Source: an uncultured Acidobacteriaceae bacterium (GTDB taxonomy: Bacteria; Acidobacteriota; Terriglobia; Terriglobales; Acidobacteriaceae). Taken from it: a DNA stretch of 64,000 nt. Where the stretch lies: the NCBI GenBank assembly GCA_963791515.1, contig CAWBSS010000009.1, forward strand, positions 95,407 through 159,406, given 5' to 3'. Positions 30,221 through 41,914 of the stretch are shown in pieces. Each line of letters begins with the position of its first letter. The stretch's first letter is position 1. The notes under the pieces are model-generated. The model worked only from the letters and a program-made list of their open reading frames with translations, did not search any database and was not told the origin of the DNA. The position numbers were made by a program, and so were the translations under genes.

Positions 30221-33200
30221 ATGCTCTCACTGCGACCCCGCTCGTCGAAGCGATGCCTCTATACCGCGCAACTGAAAACTGTGTGCCTGGCCCTCGTCGT
30301 CTGTTTCTCACTCACCTCGCTGGTCCCGGCTCAAGGCACTGGCGGCCGCATTCTCGGTCGGATTGCCGATCCTACGGGCGCGGTCCTGTCTGGAGTGAAA
30401 GTCACGGCCACGAACGAAGCCACCGGCGTCGCGCAGGATACTCTCAGCAATGACAGCGGCGACTACGTCTTCCCCAATCTTGCCGTGGGCACGTACTCTC
30501 TCAGCTTCGATCTGACCGGATTCAAGAACACGGTTCGCCGCAGTATCTCGCTCGACGTCAACCAGGTCATCACTTTAAATATGACCATGCAGGTCGGCCA
30601 GAACAAGGAAGTCGTAGACGTTACTTCCGAAGCTCCTCTGGTCGATACCAGCAGCACCCAGCTCGGGGCGGTCGTCAACAACCGATCCGTGAACGAACTT
30701 CCTCTCAATGCCCGTGATAGTTACCAGTTCTTGCAGTTGCAGCCAGGCGTCCAGTCGCAGTTAGGCTCGAGCGGCGGAACATTCTATGGTAGCGACAGCG
30801 CAGGCTCCGTCTCCGTCAACGGAGGCCGAGACCGCGCCAACAACTTCAGCGTCAATGGCGGCGACGCCAATGATCAGTTCGTCAACCTGCCCACCATTCA
30901 GCCAACGCCTGACGCCATTGAAGAATTCCGCGTGATCAGCAATACCTTCGACGCCGAGTACGGACGCAACTCCGGCGCCGTGGTCAACGTCGTTACCAAG
31001 TCCGGCACCAACCAGTGGCACGGCAACGTTTATGAATACTTCCGCAATAAGGTTCTGAACTCGCAAGGCTACTTCAATACCGTCAAGCCGCAGTTCAACC
31101 AGAACCAGTTCGGCGGCACCTTCGGGGGCCCACTCAGGAAAGACCGCACCTTTTTCTTCACCTCGTATGAAGGACGCCGCGTACGTCAGGGAATCTCCGG
31201 CCAGACCGTGGCCGTGCCCACCCCGGGCGAGAGGAACGGCATTTTCGCCGGTGGCTTTCCCGCCCTTTGGTCGGACGGAGTGACTCCCAACCAGATCAAC
31301 GATCAGTTCGTCGCTGACGCGCTCAACGGTAGGCCAGGGTGTACATCGGCTATCACGGCTCTCGGTGGGCAGACTCCGGCTTCCGGTGTGCTCTGGAATT
31401 CGATCTTTCCGACCGACACTAACGGCAATGCGAACGTCCCAACGGCTTGCATGGATCCCGTAGCGCAGGACATGCTGCGATTTGTTCCCGGCGCAAACCG
31501 GCCCGACGGCACCTATCAGGCAGTCCCAACGAGCGCGGATAATCAGGATCAGTTCACTCTGCGATTCGACCACCACATCAATGACCACCAGACTTTCAGC
31601 TTCTACTACTACTACACCGACGATAAAAACTTTCAGCCGTTCTACGACTTCCAGGCTTCAGGAGCCAACATTCCGGGCTTCGGGGCAAATGTGGGCTCCC
31701 GCTATCAGCAGTTCAATCCGAGCCATACTTGGACCATCAACAACTCCCTGGTAAACGAATTCCGTTTCACGTATATGCGAGAAGGGCAGTTGACCTTCCA
31801 GCATCCGCAGGTGACCGGCGCCGTACAGGCCTCGTGCTCCTCGGCGGCCGCGCAGGCGGTATGTTTTAACGGGACTTCCGATTCCTCCGCCGTCAACGCT
31901 CTCATCGCCGCCTCCGGCATTGATCCGACCAAGGCTGGAATTACCACGGGTTTGCCCCCTACTCACACCGGGGTTCCGTTCATTAGTGTCTCTGGGGGAT
32001 TCGCCATCGGAAACGGCTGGGAAGGTGAGTTGCCACAGGTCGGAAACTCGTTCATGTGGGCGGACAATCTGACGTGGGTCAAAGGCAATCACCAATTCAA
32101 ATTCGGTGCCGATATACGCCGCTCCCGCTTCGACCAAACCCTCTATTACAACGTGAGCGGCCAGTCCACCTTCGACGGTTCAACCTCCAATTCGGTCCAG
32201 TACAACGATAACTATGCCGGCTACCTGCTCGGACTTGCCGACAGCTACGTCCAAGGATCGGCACAGCGAGAGAATGTGCGCAGCACCGGGGTTTATCTGT
32301 TCGCGCAGGACAGCTGGAAGATCAACCCCTCACTGACCCTCAATTACGGACTGCGCTGGGAACTCGACACTCCGCTTACCGACGTTCTCCATCACGTCCA
32401 GACCTTCCGTCCGGGCCAAAACACCACTCAGTACCCTTGCTCCCTGACGCCTGACGAGCAAGCGAGTTTTGGGGTGAGCACCTGTGCCGACGCGGGCGTG
32501 CTGCCCACAGGTCTCGTGGTTCCAGGCGACCAGGGCGTTCCCGCTGGGATGACTCAGACGTACTACAAAGCTTTCGCGCCGCGCGTTGGCATCGCCTGGA
32601 GTCCGGGACGGTCAGGTAAGACCAGCATTCGCGCCGGTTGGGGCATGTTCTACAACCCGATGGAGCAACTCGTCCTCGAACAGTTCGGCGCTGAGCCACC
32701 TTTTGGTGGCAGCACCTTCCTACCCTCCACTTTCCTGAACACTCCGTTCGTCGCGCAAGGCGGCTTTATCAACCCCAATCCCTTCACTGGAATTCTGAGT
32801 CCCAAACCGGGCACGCCTACGGACTGGGCCAGTTTTCGGCCCATGCTGCTCTACGGCGACTTCCAACCGAAGATGCGCACGCAGTACACCGCACAGTACA
32901 ACCTCACGGTTCAGAGAGAATTGGCGAAGGACATCGTTCTGCAACTCGGATACGTTGGGTCGCAGGGCCACCGTCTGCTGGCGTCGCATGACATCAATGC
33001 GGCCAACCCGCAAACCTGTCTGGACATCATGGCCCTCGCCAACAACGATCCCACCAAGGTAACATCCTATGGGTTGCAGGGGACTTGTGGGCCTTTCGCC
33101 GAGGATAACCAGTTCACCGTCAGCCTCCCCGGCAGCAATGGCAGCCTCCTGCCCGATGGATTCCATCTGCCTAATGGCTCGACTCTGCAAGCTTCCGGAC

Positions 33201-34024
33201 AAACCCTGAACCTCGTTGGTTTGCGTCCCTACTCTTCGCCCAACTGCAATCCTTTGACGAGTGCGGGGTGCCCGCTCGACGGAATTCCTGTCTTCAGCAA
33301 CATCTTCGCCGAGGACACTATCGCTGCCTCCGCGTATAACTCCTTCCAGGCAAGTTTGGAGAAGCGCTTCTCCCACGGTCTGCAATTTCAAGCGGCGTAT
33401 ACCTTGAGCAAGTCGCTCGACTGGGCGTCCAGCTTTGAAGAGACCGTCAACCCCTTCAACTACAAGGCCAGCCGCGCGCTTTCGCTGTTCAATTCCAAGC
33501 AGCGTTTCGTGATCAACTACGTTTGGGATATTCCCGTCCGCAAGTACAGCGGTTTCGCCGGCAAGGTTTTGGACGACTGGCAGCTGTCGGGAATTATCCA
33601 GTTCCAGAGTGGCTTCCCCATTCGGCTCCAGACGCAAGACGACAACGAGTTGATCAGCAGTTTGTTCTTCCTTGGGGCCGGAGCGCCGCAATTGACTGGG
33701 CCGCTTCAGATTTTGAATCCCAAGACGAACGGTGCCTACTACCTCAATCCCAGCCAGTTCTCCGATCCCACTCCCGGAACTTTCGCCACCACCCCACGCT
33801 CTATCTGCTGCGGCCCCGGCGAAAACCAGTGGGACATCACAGTCTCGAAGAGGATTACACTGTCGGAGTCGAGATACTTCCAGTTCCGGGCCGACGTCTT
33901 CAACCTGTTCAACAAGACGGAATTCGTCAACCCGGACGGAAATTTCAGCAACACGACGTTTGGCCAGGTGCTGCAAGCTCGCGATCCGCGCCTGGTGCAG
34001 TTTGCACTCAAGTTCTACTTCTAG
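30221..34024 (+). CDS. TonB-dependent receptor with N-terminal carboxypeptidase-regulatory-like domain
   Basis: ORF 30080-34024 trimmed to ATG at 30221 (GGAG upstream; ATG at 30206 also possible). Has a signal peptide, the GRILGRIADPTGAVLSGVKVTATNEATG...GDYVFPNLAVGTYSL CarboxypepD_reg pattern, a plug region and a C-terminal ...FALKFYF with terminal Phe. Confidence 0.85.
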   Translation: MLSLRPRSSKRCLYTAQLKTVCLALVVCFSLTSLVPAQGTGGRILGRIADPTGAVLSGVKVTATNEATGVAQDTLSNDSGDYVFPNLAVGTYSLSFDLTGFKNTVRRSISLDVNQVITLNMTMQVGQNKEVVDVTSEAPLVDTSSTQLGAVVNNRSVNELPLNARDSYQFLQLQPGVQSQLGSSGGTFYGSDSAGSVSVNGGRDRANNFSVNGGDANDQFVNLPTIQPTPDAIEEFRVISNTFDAEYGRNSGAVVNVVTKSGTNQWHGNVYEYFRNKVLNSQGYFNTVKPQFNQNQFGGTFGGPLRKDRTFFFTSYEGRRVRQGISGQTVAVPTPGERNGIFAGGFPALWSDGVTPNQINDQFVADALNGRPGCTSAITALGGQTPASGVLWNSIFPTDTNGNANVPTACMDPVAQDMLRFVPGANRPDGTYQAVPTSADNQDQFTLRFDHHINDHQTFSFYYYYTDDKNFQPFYDFQASGANIPGFGANVGSRYQQFNPSHTWTINNSLVNEFRFTYMREGQLTFQHPQVTGAVQASCSSAAAQAVCFNGTSDSSAVNALIAASGIDPTKAGITTGLPPTHTGVPFISVSGGFAIGNGWEGELPQVGNSFMWADNLTWVKGNHQFKFGADIRRSRFDQTLYYNVSGQSTFDGSTSNSVQYNDNYAGYLLGLADSYVQGSAQRENVRSTGVYLFAQDSWKINPSLTLNYGLRWELDTPLTDVLHHVQTFRPGQNTTQYPCSLTPDEQASFGVSTCADAGVLPTGLVVPGDQGVPAGMTQTYYKAFAPRVGIAWSPGRSGKTSIRAGWGMFYNPMEQLVLEQFGAEPPFGGSTFLPSTFLNTPFVAQGGFINPNPFTGILSPKPGTPTDWASFRPMLLYGDFQPKMRTQYTAQYNLTVQRELAKDIVLQLGYVGSQGHRLLASHDINAANPQTCLDIMALANNDPTKVTSYGLQGTCGPFAEDNQFTVSLPGSNGSLLPDGFHLPNGSTLQASGQTLNLVGLRPYSSPNCNPLTSAGCPLDGIPVFSNIFAEDTIAASAYNSFQASLEKRFSHGLQFQAAYTLSKSLDWASSFEETVNPFNYKASRALSLFNSKQRFVINYVWDIPVRKYSGFAGKVLDDWQLSGIIQFQSGFPIRLQTQDDNELISSLFFLGAGAPQLTGPLQILNPKTNGAYYLNPSQFSDPTPGTFATTPRSICCGPGENQWDITVSKRITLSESRYFQFRADVFNLFNKTEFVNPDGNFSNTTFGQVLQARDPRLVQFALKFYF

Positions 34025-34033
34025 CTCTACAAA

Positions 34034-34057
34034 CCCGGGCGGCTCCTACCGCCCGGG
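34034..34057 (+). terminator. GC-rich hairpin downstream of the receptor gene
   Basis: cccgggcgg-ctccta-ccgcccggg, a 9-bp perfect stem starting 10 nt after the stop. No U-tract, so it may only attenuate or stabilise. Confidence 0.35.
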
Positions 34058-34120
34058 CAATCTAATGGCCCGCTGGTCTACCGGAAATGCAGCCGGCCTG
34101 AGTTTTCCCGGAGCAATTCG

Positions 34121-35497
34121 ATGTATCCCGATCTGCAGAAAGAACTCGCCACTTTCGAGCGGCGCACGCCCAAATCCGCCGAAGCCCACAAGAAGAATCT
34201 CAAACGTATTCCTCTCGGTGTAGCCAGCAATTATCGGGCCTACGACCCTTGGCCGATCTTTGTGAAAGAGGCCAGCGGCAGCAAGTTCCGCGATCTCGAT
34301 GGCAACGAATACATCGACCATAACCTGACCTTCGGCGCGCTCATGGCTGGTCACTGCCATCCTGCCGTCATGAAGGCCGTTGAGAAGCGCCTCACTACCG
34401 GCACCATGTTCGGCATGCCCCACGACATGGAATGGGAACTCGCCGAAGAAATCTGCAACCGCTTCCCGATCGAGATGTGCCGTTTCGGCAACAGCGGCAC
34501 CGAAGCCACCATGCACGCAATTCGCCTGGCCCGCGCCGCTACCGGGCGCGACAAGATCGTGAAGTTCGAAGGCGCCTACCACGGCCTGCATGACAGTGCC
34601 CTGGTCAGCGTCAAGCCGCACGCTCCCGACTACGGCGACATCAATGCACCAACGTCTGTTACCGGCGGTCTCGGCGTCCCCAAATCCGCCATTGCCAACG
34701 TGGTTATCGCCACATTCAACGATCTCGCCACGGTCGAGCGCCGCTTCAAGGAAAATCCCGGCGAAATCGCCGCGATCATCCTCGAACCGATTCTCATGAA
34801 CGTCGGCCTCTGCATGCCGCAACCCGGCTTCCTGAAAGGCCTGCGCGAAATGGCCACCAAATATGGCGCGCTGCTCATCTTCGACGAAGTGAAGACCGGC
34901 GCAAAACTCGGCTGGGGCGGCGCCAGTGAATACTTCAACGTCATGCCCGACATGATCTGCCTGGCGAAGTCGATCGGCGGCGGCCTCCCGCTCGCCGCTT
35001 TCGGCGCGCACCGCTCCGTGATGGATCTCATCAGCCAGCACAAGGTCTTTCACGGCGGCACGTACAACACCAACCCGGTTTCCATGGCCGCAGGCTTGGC
35101 GACCTTCCGCGAAGTTCTCACTCGCGAAAACTACGCCAAAGTCGACAAACTCGGCAAGAAACTAGCGGACGGCTATCGCAGCACCATCGCGAAGGTTGGT
35201 CTGCAAGCCTACATTGCGCAAGCCGGCGCCAACGGCGCTCTGATGTTTTACCCGAAAGAAATTCGCAACTATCGCGACTGGGAAGCGATCGACGTCGATC
35301 TGTGGCGTCACTACTGGTTCGGCATGGTCAACCGCGGCGTGATGGCTCAGCCCTATTGGTGGGATGAGCAGTGGACCATCTCTGTCCAGCACACTGAGGC
35401 TGACATCGACAAGCACCTTGCGGCCTTCAACGACATCGCCGCCTCGTTGGCAAAAGCGCAGCAGGAGCGAACCGCACCGGTCGCGGTCGCACATTAA
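34121..35497 (+). CDS. class-III (omega-) aminotransferase, GSA-aminomutase-like subfamily
   Basis: 458-aa ORF with NSGTEATMHAIRLARAATGR, FDEVKTG and LAKSIGGGLP (PLP-Lys region) motifs. Confidence 0.8.
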   Translation: MYPDLQKELATFERRTPKSAEAHKKNLKRIPLGVASNYRAYDPWPIFVKEASGSKFRDLDGNEYIDHNLTFGALMAGHCHPAVMKAVEKRLTTGTMFGMPHDMEWELAEEICNRFPIEMCRFGNSGTEATMHAIRLARAATGRDKIVKFEGAYHGLHDSALVSVKPHAPDYGDINAPTSVTGGLGVPKSAIANVVIATFNDLATVERRFKENPGEIAAIILEPILMNVGLCMPQPGFLKGLREMATKYGALLIFDEVKTGAKLGWGGASEYFNVMPDMICLAKSIGGGLPLAAFGAHRSVMDLISQHKVFHGGTYNTNPVSMAAGLATFREVLTRENYAKVDKLGKKLADGYRSTIAKVGLQAYIAQAGANGALMFYPKEIRNYRDWEAIDVDLWRHYWFGMVNRGVMAQPYWWDEQWTISVQHTEADIDKHLAAFNDIAASLAKAQQERTAPVAVAH

Positions 35498-35513
35498 AGA
35501 AGTTGTCCGTGTG

Positions 35514-35582
35514 GGGCGGGCGCCCTCGCCCGCCCTGCATGTATCAGCGCGGCTCACGTAGGGACAGCCGCCTCGGCTGTCC
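35514..35582. repeat. REP-like hairpin module
   Basis: gggcgggcg-ccct-cgcccgccc (35514-35535, 9-bp stem) and ggacagcc-gcctc-ggctgtcc (35562-35582, 8-bp stem). The second stem recurs at 37113-37134. Confidence 0.55.
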
Positions 35583-35614
35583 GCCAAAGCGAAGCGAGGC
35601 GTTCCCGAGGAATA

Positions 35615-37084
35615 TTGTCCACGACCACTCAATCCGCCACCCAGCCCCATCTGATCCGCGCCCTCGGACGCCGCGATCTCGTGCTGCTCTTCGTCGTTGC
35701 CGTCTTTAACCTCAACGTCGTCCCCTCGATCGCCGCGAACGGCGGCGTCACCATCTGGCTCTGGATCATCTCCCTTCTCCTCTTCTTCTGGCCCCAAGGC
35801 ATCGCCGTCATCGAACTCGCCCACCGCTATCCCGGCGAGGGCGGTGTCTACCTCTGGGCCAAGGAAGTCTTCGGCGACTTCCACGGATTCCTTTCCGGCT
35901 GGTGCTACTGGACCAACAACATGCTCTACGTGCCGACCGTTATGCTCTATTTCGTCGGCGTATCGGTCTACGTGCTCGGCCCCAGCCATCTCGGCCTTCC
36001 CGACAACAAGATCTTCGCCGCTTGTGTCTCCCTCGCGTTGCTCGCACTGCTTACCCTGCTCAACATCCTCGGCCTCGGTGTGGGAAAGTGGATCAATAAC
36101 GTCGGCGCCATCGGAACCTTCATCGCCGCCGCCGTGCTCGTCGGCCTCGGCGTTGTCATCTGGTCACGCTTTGGCACTGGCATCACTGCAGCCGATTTCA
36201 AGGTTCCCGCCAATCCACGCTTCGTTCTCAACTCTTTCGGTGTCATCTGCTTTGGCTTGGTCGGCCTCGAACTCGCTTCCGTCATGGGCGATGAAATTCA
36301 GGACCCCCGCCGCACTCTCCCCGGGGCCGTCGCGTGGGGAGGGTTGCTGTCCGGCACTCTCTACATCGCCGCCACCCTGACCTTACTCATCGCGGTTGGC
36401 AAAAACGTGAACGTGCTGCAAGGTGTCGTGCAGGCGGTGACCGGAATGGCCGCCCGCGTCGGCGTTAGCTGGATTAGCGTCCCCTTTGCCCTCATGCTCA
36501 GCCTGGCGATCGCCGGCATAGGTTCGGCTTGGATCGGCGGCTGCTCCCGCATTCCCTTCGTCGCCGGACTCGATTCCTACATGCCGTCATGGCTTGGCAA
36601 AGTCCATCCGCGCTACGCCACCCCGTATGCCGCCCTGATCGTACAGGGCATCGTCTCCGCGGTTTTGGTGATTCTGAATTTTACCGGCGCGGGAGTGCAG
36701 GAAACGTTTCAGAAGCTTCTGTCGCTCGCCGTCGTGCTTCAACTCGTGCCGTTCGTCTACATGTTCGGAGCGCTCGTGAAATTCGCCGTGACCGAGTCGG
36801 TTCCCAAAGGCCAGTACGGAAGGACCACGCTGTTCCTCGCGGGGCTGAGCGGATTCCTGACGACAATTCTCGGCATCGCCCTGGTATTTTTTCCGGCCCA
36901 GCAAATCACGTCGCTGTGGTCCTACGAATTGTGGATGTTCGGCGGCACGCTGTTTTTCATCGGCTTGGCCGCATTTTTCTTTTTCGTCTACGGCCGCCAT
37001 AAGGCGTCACAGACCATTCCGTTGACGATGGACCGTGTGGAGACGGGCGACTCGCCCGTCCCCGCCAGCGAAGTACGACGTTGA
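35615..37084 (+). CDS. APC-superfamily amino acid/polyamine permease
   Basis: 489-aa ORF, about 12 TM. The N-terminal LIRALGRRDLVLLFVVAVFNLN pattern is typical of APC permeases. Confidence 0.8.
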   Translation: MSTTTQSATQPHLIRALGRRDLVLLFVVAVFNLNVVPSIAANGGVTIWLWIISLLLFFWPQGIAVIELAHRYPGEGGVYLWAKEVFGDFHGFLSGWCYWTNNMLYVPTVMLYFVGVSVYVLGPSHLGLPDNKIFAACVSLALLALLTLLNILGLGVGKWINNVGAIGTFIAAAVLVGLGVVIWSRFGTGITAADFKVPANPRFVLNSFGVICFGLVGLELASVMGDEIQDPRRTLPGAVAWGGLLSGTLYIAATLTLLIAVGKNVNVLQGVVQAVTGMAARVGVSWISVPFALMLSLAIAGIGSAWIGGCSRIPFVAGLDSYMPSWLGKVHPRYATPYAALIVQGIVSAVLVILNFTGAGVQETFQKLLSLAVVLQLVPFVYMFGALVKFAVTESVPKGQYGRTTLFLAGLSGFLTTILGIALVFFPAQQITSLWSYELWMFGGTLFFIGLAAFFFFVYGRHKASQTIPLTMDRVETGDSPVPASEVRR

Positions 37085-37112
37085 ATCTGATTGTTGAATC
37101 TGCTTTATGTGG

Positions 37113-37218
37113 GGACAGCCGCCCTCGGCTGTCCAGCGAGCATAGCTCGCAACTGATCGGGAAGGGCACGACTTAGTCGTGCCGCTAAGGGGTAGCCAGA
37201 GATTGGGCCTTTAGGCCC
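37113..37218. repeat. REP-like hairpin module (four stem-loops)
   Basis: ggacagcc-gccctc-ggctgtcc (37113-37134), gcgagc-ata-gctcgc (37136-37150), ggcacgac-tta-gtcgtgcc (37165-37183) and gggcc-ttta-ggccc (37205-37218). Confidence 0.55.
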
Positions 37219-37243
37219 TGAGATAGCCAGGAGGATCTAACCA

Positions 37244-38725
37244 ATGCCAGGCGGAGTCCAAACTGAAGTCCGCACTTACCAGATGTTCATCAACGGAGAA
37301 TGGGTCGCGAGCAAGTCCGCGAAGACCTTCCCCGTCTACGATCCTTCCACCGAAGAAGTCATTGCCCAAGTCCCCGACGGCTCAGCCGACGATGTCAACC
37401 GCGCCGTCGCCGCCGCTAAGGCCGCCTTCGAAGAAGGCCCTTGGGCGACCACCACCGCTCAGGAGCGGGGTCGCGTTCTCTTCCGCCTTGCCGACAAGGT
37501 ACGTCAAAATCTTCCCGCGCTCGCCGAACTCGAATGCCGCAATACCGGCAAGCCGATCGTCGAAGCCGAATTCGATCTCAACGACGTCGCCACTTGCTTC
37601 GAATACTACGGCGGCCTGGCTACGAAGGTCGTCGGCTACGTCAATCCTGTCCCTGACAATGCCATGAGCCTAACGCTCAAAGAACCCGTCGGCGTTGCCG
37701 GACAGATCATTCCGTGGAACTATCCTCTGCTGATGGCTGCGTGGAAACTAGCCCCCGCGCTGGCCGCAGGCTGCACCTGCGTGCTCAAGCCAGCCGAGCA
37801 GACGCCTCTGACCGCTCTCGAACTCGCAAAGCATTTCGCCGACTGCGGCCTGCCTCCGGGCGTCGTCAACATCGTTACGGGTTTCGGCGAGTCCTGCGGC
37901 GCTCCGTTAGTGCAGCATCCCGACGTCAACAAAATCGCTTTCACCGGCAGCGCCGCGGTCGGCAAGATCATCGTCAAACAGGCCGCTGACACCGTAAAGC
38001 GCGTCACCCTCGAACTCGGCGGAAAGTCTCCGAACATTTTCTTCGCCGACGCCGATTTCGAAGCCGCCATCGACGGCGCCCTCTTCGGCGTCTTCATCAA
38101 TCAAGGCGAGGTTTGCTCGGCCGGCAGCCGCATCCTGGTGCAGAAATCGATCTACAAGAAGTTTGTAGAAGCCATGACCGAGAAAGCCAAGAAAATCAAA
38201 CTCGGTCCCCCTCTCGACCGCGACACGAAGATGGGCCCGCTGGTCAGCAAAGAGCAATACGACCGCGTGAACTCGTATCTCGAAATCGGCAAGAAAGAAG
38301 CCAAGCTCGCTTCCGGCGGCGGACGCCCCGAAAAGTTCGCCAAGGGCTACTACGTCCAGCCCACCATCTTCTACGACGTGAACAACAGTGCCCGCATCGC
38401 CCGTGAAGAAATTTTCGGCCCAGTCGCTGCGGTGATTCCGTTCGAAGACGAAAAAGACGCCCTGAAGATCGCCAACGATTCTCCCTACGGCCTAGCCGCC
38501 GCCGTCTGGACACGCGACATTTTCAAGGCGATGCGCTCCGTTAAGGCTCTGCGCGCCGGAATCGTCTGGGTCAACCACATGCAGCCCACCTACGTCGAAG
38601 CGCCGTGGGGCGGCTACAAGCAATCCGGCTTCGGCCGCGAACTCGGCCCGTGGGGCATCGAAGAATATCTCGAAACCAAGCAGGTATACATCAACCTGAA
38701 CGAGGCCCCGATTGGCTGGTACTGA
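37244..38725 (+). CDS. NAD(P)-dependent aldehyde dehydrogenase, aminoaldehyde/betaine-aldehyde DH-like
   Basis: 493-aa ORF with catalytic Glu in LELGGKSP and Cys in GEVCSAGSR. The IPWNYPLLMAAWK motif and the C-terminal ...PIGWY end resemble BADH/aminobutyraldehyde DH. Confidence 0.85.
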   Translation: MPGGVQTEVRTYQMFINGEWVASKSAKTFPVYDPSTEEVIAQVPDGSADDVNRAVAAAKAAFEEGPWATTTAQERGRVLFRLADKVRQNLPALAELECRNTGKPIVEAEFDLNDVATCFEYYGGLATKVVGYVNPVPDNAMSLTLKEPVGVAGQIIPWNYPLLMAAWKLAPALAAGCTCVLKPAEQTPLTALELAKHFADCGLPPGVVNIVTGFGESCGAPLVQHPDVNKIAFTGSAAVGKIIVKQAADTVKRVTLELGGKSPNIFFADADFEAAIDGALFGVFINQGEVCSAGSRILVQKSIYKKFVEAMTEKAKKIKLGPPLDRDTKMGPLVSKEQYDRVNSYLEIGKKEAKLASGGGRPEKFAKGYYVQPTIFYDVNNSARIAREEIFGPVAAVIPFEDEKDALKIANDSPYGLAAAVWTRDIFKAMRSVKALRAGIVWVNHMQPTYVEAPWGGYKQSGFGRELGPWGIEEYLETKQVYINLNEAPIGWY

Positions 38726-38783
38726 GTAAACGAGTCGCGAGTACCGAGTACTGCGAGAGCCGCGTAGCAGCACAAGAATGCAG

Positions 38784-38837
38784 CCCACGGCGTAAGCCGT
38801 GGGTGGCAAGCTGAAGATGAACAAGCCCCGAAGGGGC
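38784..38837. repeat. REP-like hairpin module
   Basis: cccacggc-gtaa-gccgtggg (38784-38803) and gcccc-gaa-ggggc (38825-38837). Confidence 0.5.
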
Positions 38838-38874
38838 GAAAGAAAAGCCGAGACGACCAACGACGAGACCTACG

Positions 38875-40236
38875 ATGTCCACCATTCAACTTCGCACTCC
38901 CATCCCCGGCCCGAAATCCAAGGCCCTGTCTGAGCGCCGCGCCAAAGCCGTGCCCCGTGGCCTTTCTCATGGCACACCCATCTATGTTGCCAAGGCCGAA
39001 GATGCCTGGCTCGAAGACGTCGACGGCAACCGTTACCTCGACTTCGCCGGTGGTATCGGCTGCCTCAACGTCGGCCATCGCCAGGAAGCCGTAGTCGAAG
39101 CCGTGAAAGCCCAACTCGAGCGCTTCCTGCACACCTGCGTGCAAGTCACGCCCTACGAGAGTTACGTCCGCCTCGCCGAACGTATGAACGAAGTCACTCC
39201 GGGCAAGTTCCCCAAGAAAACAATTTTCGTAAACAGCGGAGCCGAGGCGGTAGAGAACGCGGTCAAGATTGCCCGCGCCTACACCAAACGCCCCGGCATC
39301 ATTGCCTTCGAAGACGCTTTCCACGGCCGCACCATGATGACGCTGGCCCTCACCAGCAAGACTCATCCTTATAAGGCCGGATTCGCTCCTTTTCCGAGTG
39401 AAGTCTATCGCGTCCCATTCGCCTACTGCTATCGCTGTTCCTATAACTTGAAATACCCATCGTGCGATCTTTACTGCGCGCGCCATCTCGAAGACACTTT
39501 CAAGCGCGTCGTTGCAAACGAAGAAGTCGCGGCCGTGATCGCCGAGCCCGTCCTCGGGGAAGGCGGATTTATCGCGCCTCCACCCGATTACTTCCAAGTT
39601 CTGATCGATCTCTGCCACAAGCATGGCATCCTGTTCATCGCCGACGAAGTTCAATCCGGCTTCGGCCGCACGGGTGCGCTGTTCGCCAGCGAGCGCTACG
39701 GCATCGAGCCGGATCTTCTCGTCACGGCAAAATCTCTCGGCGGCGGCTTGCCGCTCGCCGGCGTCACAGGCCGCGCTGAAATCATGGACGCTCCCGGCCC
39801 TGGCGGCCTCGGCGGAACGTTCGCCGGAAACCCGCTCTCCTGTGCCGCAGCCTTGACTGTGCTCGACTTGTTCGAAAGTGAGAACTTGCTCGATCGGGCC
39901 AATGAACTCGGAGACCGCTTCCAGACCCGCGCCCGCGAGTGGCAATGCCGATGGCCCATCATCGGCGACGTTCGCGGCCTGGGTGGCATGCAAGCCATCG
40001 AACTCGTGCAGTCACAGGAAACCAAGACTCCGGCAACCAGCGAAACCAAGAGGATCACGCAGTACTGCTACGAGCACGGCCTGATCACGATCACAGCGGG
40101 CTCCTACTCCAACGTGATCCGTATCCTGGTGCCGCTGGTTGCGACCGATGCGCAAATAGACGAAGGCTTAGGTGTGCTGGAATCCGCGCTGGCCACGGTA
40201 TGCGACAAGAAGGGCGCAGTCGCGCAGCTGGTTTAG
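38875..40236 (+). CDS. gabT: 4-aminobutyrate--2-oxoglutarate transaminase
   Basis: 453-aa ORF with DFAGGIGCLNVGH, ADEVQSGFGRTG and VTAKSLGGGLP motifs; overall GabT-like. Confidence 0.85.
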   Translation: MSTIQLRTPIPGPKSKALSERRAKAVPRGLSHGTPIYVAKAEDAWLEDVDGNRYLDFAGGIGCLNVGHRQEAVVEAVKAQLERFLHTCVQVTPYESYVRLAERMNEVTPGKFPKKTIFVNSGAEAVENAVKIARAYTKRPGIIAFEDAFHGRTMMTLALTSKTHPYKAGFAPFPSEVYRVPFAYCYRCSYNLKYPSCDLYCARHLEDTFKRVVANEEVAAVIAEPVLGEGGFIAPPPDYFQVLIDLCHKHGILFIADEVQSGFGRTGALFASERYGIEPDLLVTAKSLGGGLPLAGVTGRAEIMDAPGPGGLGGTFAGNPLSCAAALTVLDLFESENLLDRANELGDRFQTRAREWQCRWPIIGDVRGLGGMQAIELVQSQETKTPATSETKRITQYCYEHGLITITAGSYSNVIRILVPLVATDAQIDEGLGVLESALATVCDKKGAVAQLV

Positions 40237-40423
40237 CGAGTAACTAAAGAGTTGTCATCCTGAGCGAGGATTGGCCTTCGCGCGCTGAGCGCGACAGCCA
40301 ACCGCAGTCGAAGGATCCTATATCACATGTATCATTGTGGTTGTCTGAGGGAGTTCTCACGGTCCGTTCAGATGTGACTTCTCCATGCACGACATTCTTC
40401 GCGATAGCAGAGGCATCACCATC

Positions 40424-41914
<1,491 letters not shown>

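Noticed and set aside
34046-35053. 335-aa minus-strand ORF opposite the first aminotransferase
   Set aside because: Shadow ORF with an Ala/Gly/Val/Arg-biased product and no motifs. The plus strand carries a well-supported class-III aminotransferase.
35162-35989. 275-aa minus-strand ORF spanning the aminotransferase/permease junction
   Set aside because: Crosses a REP-containing spacer and is antisense to two supported genes.
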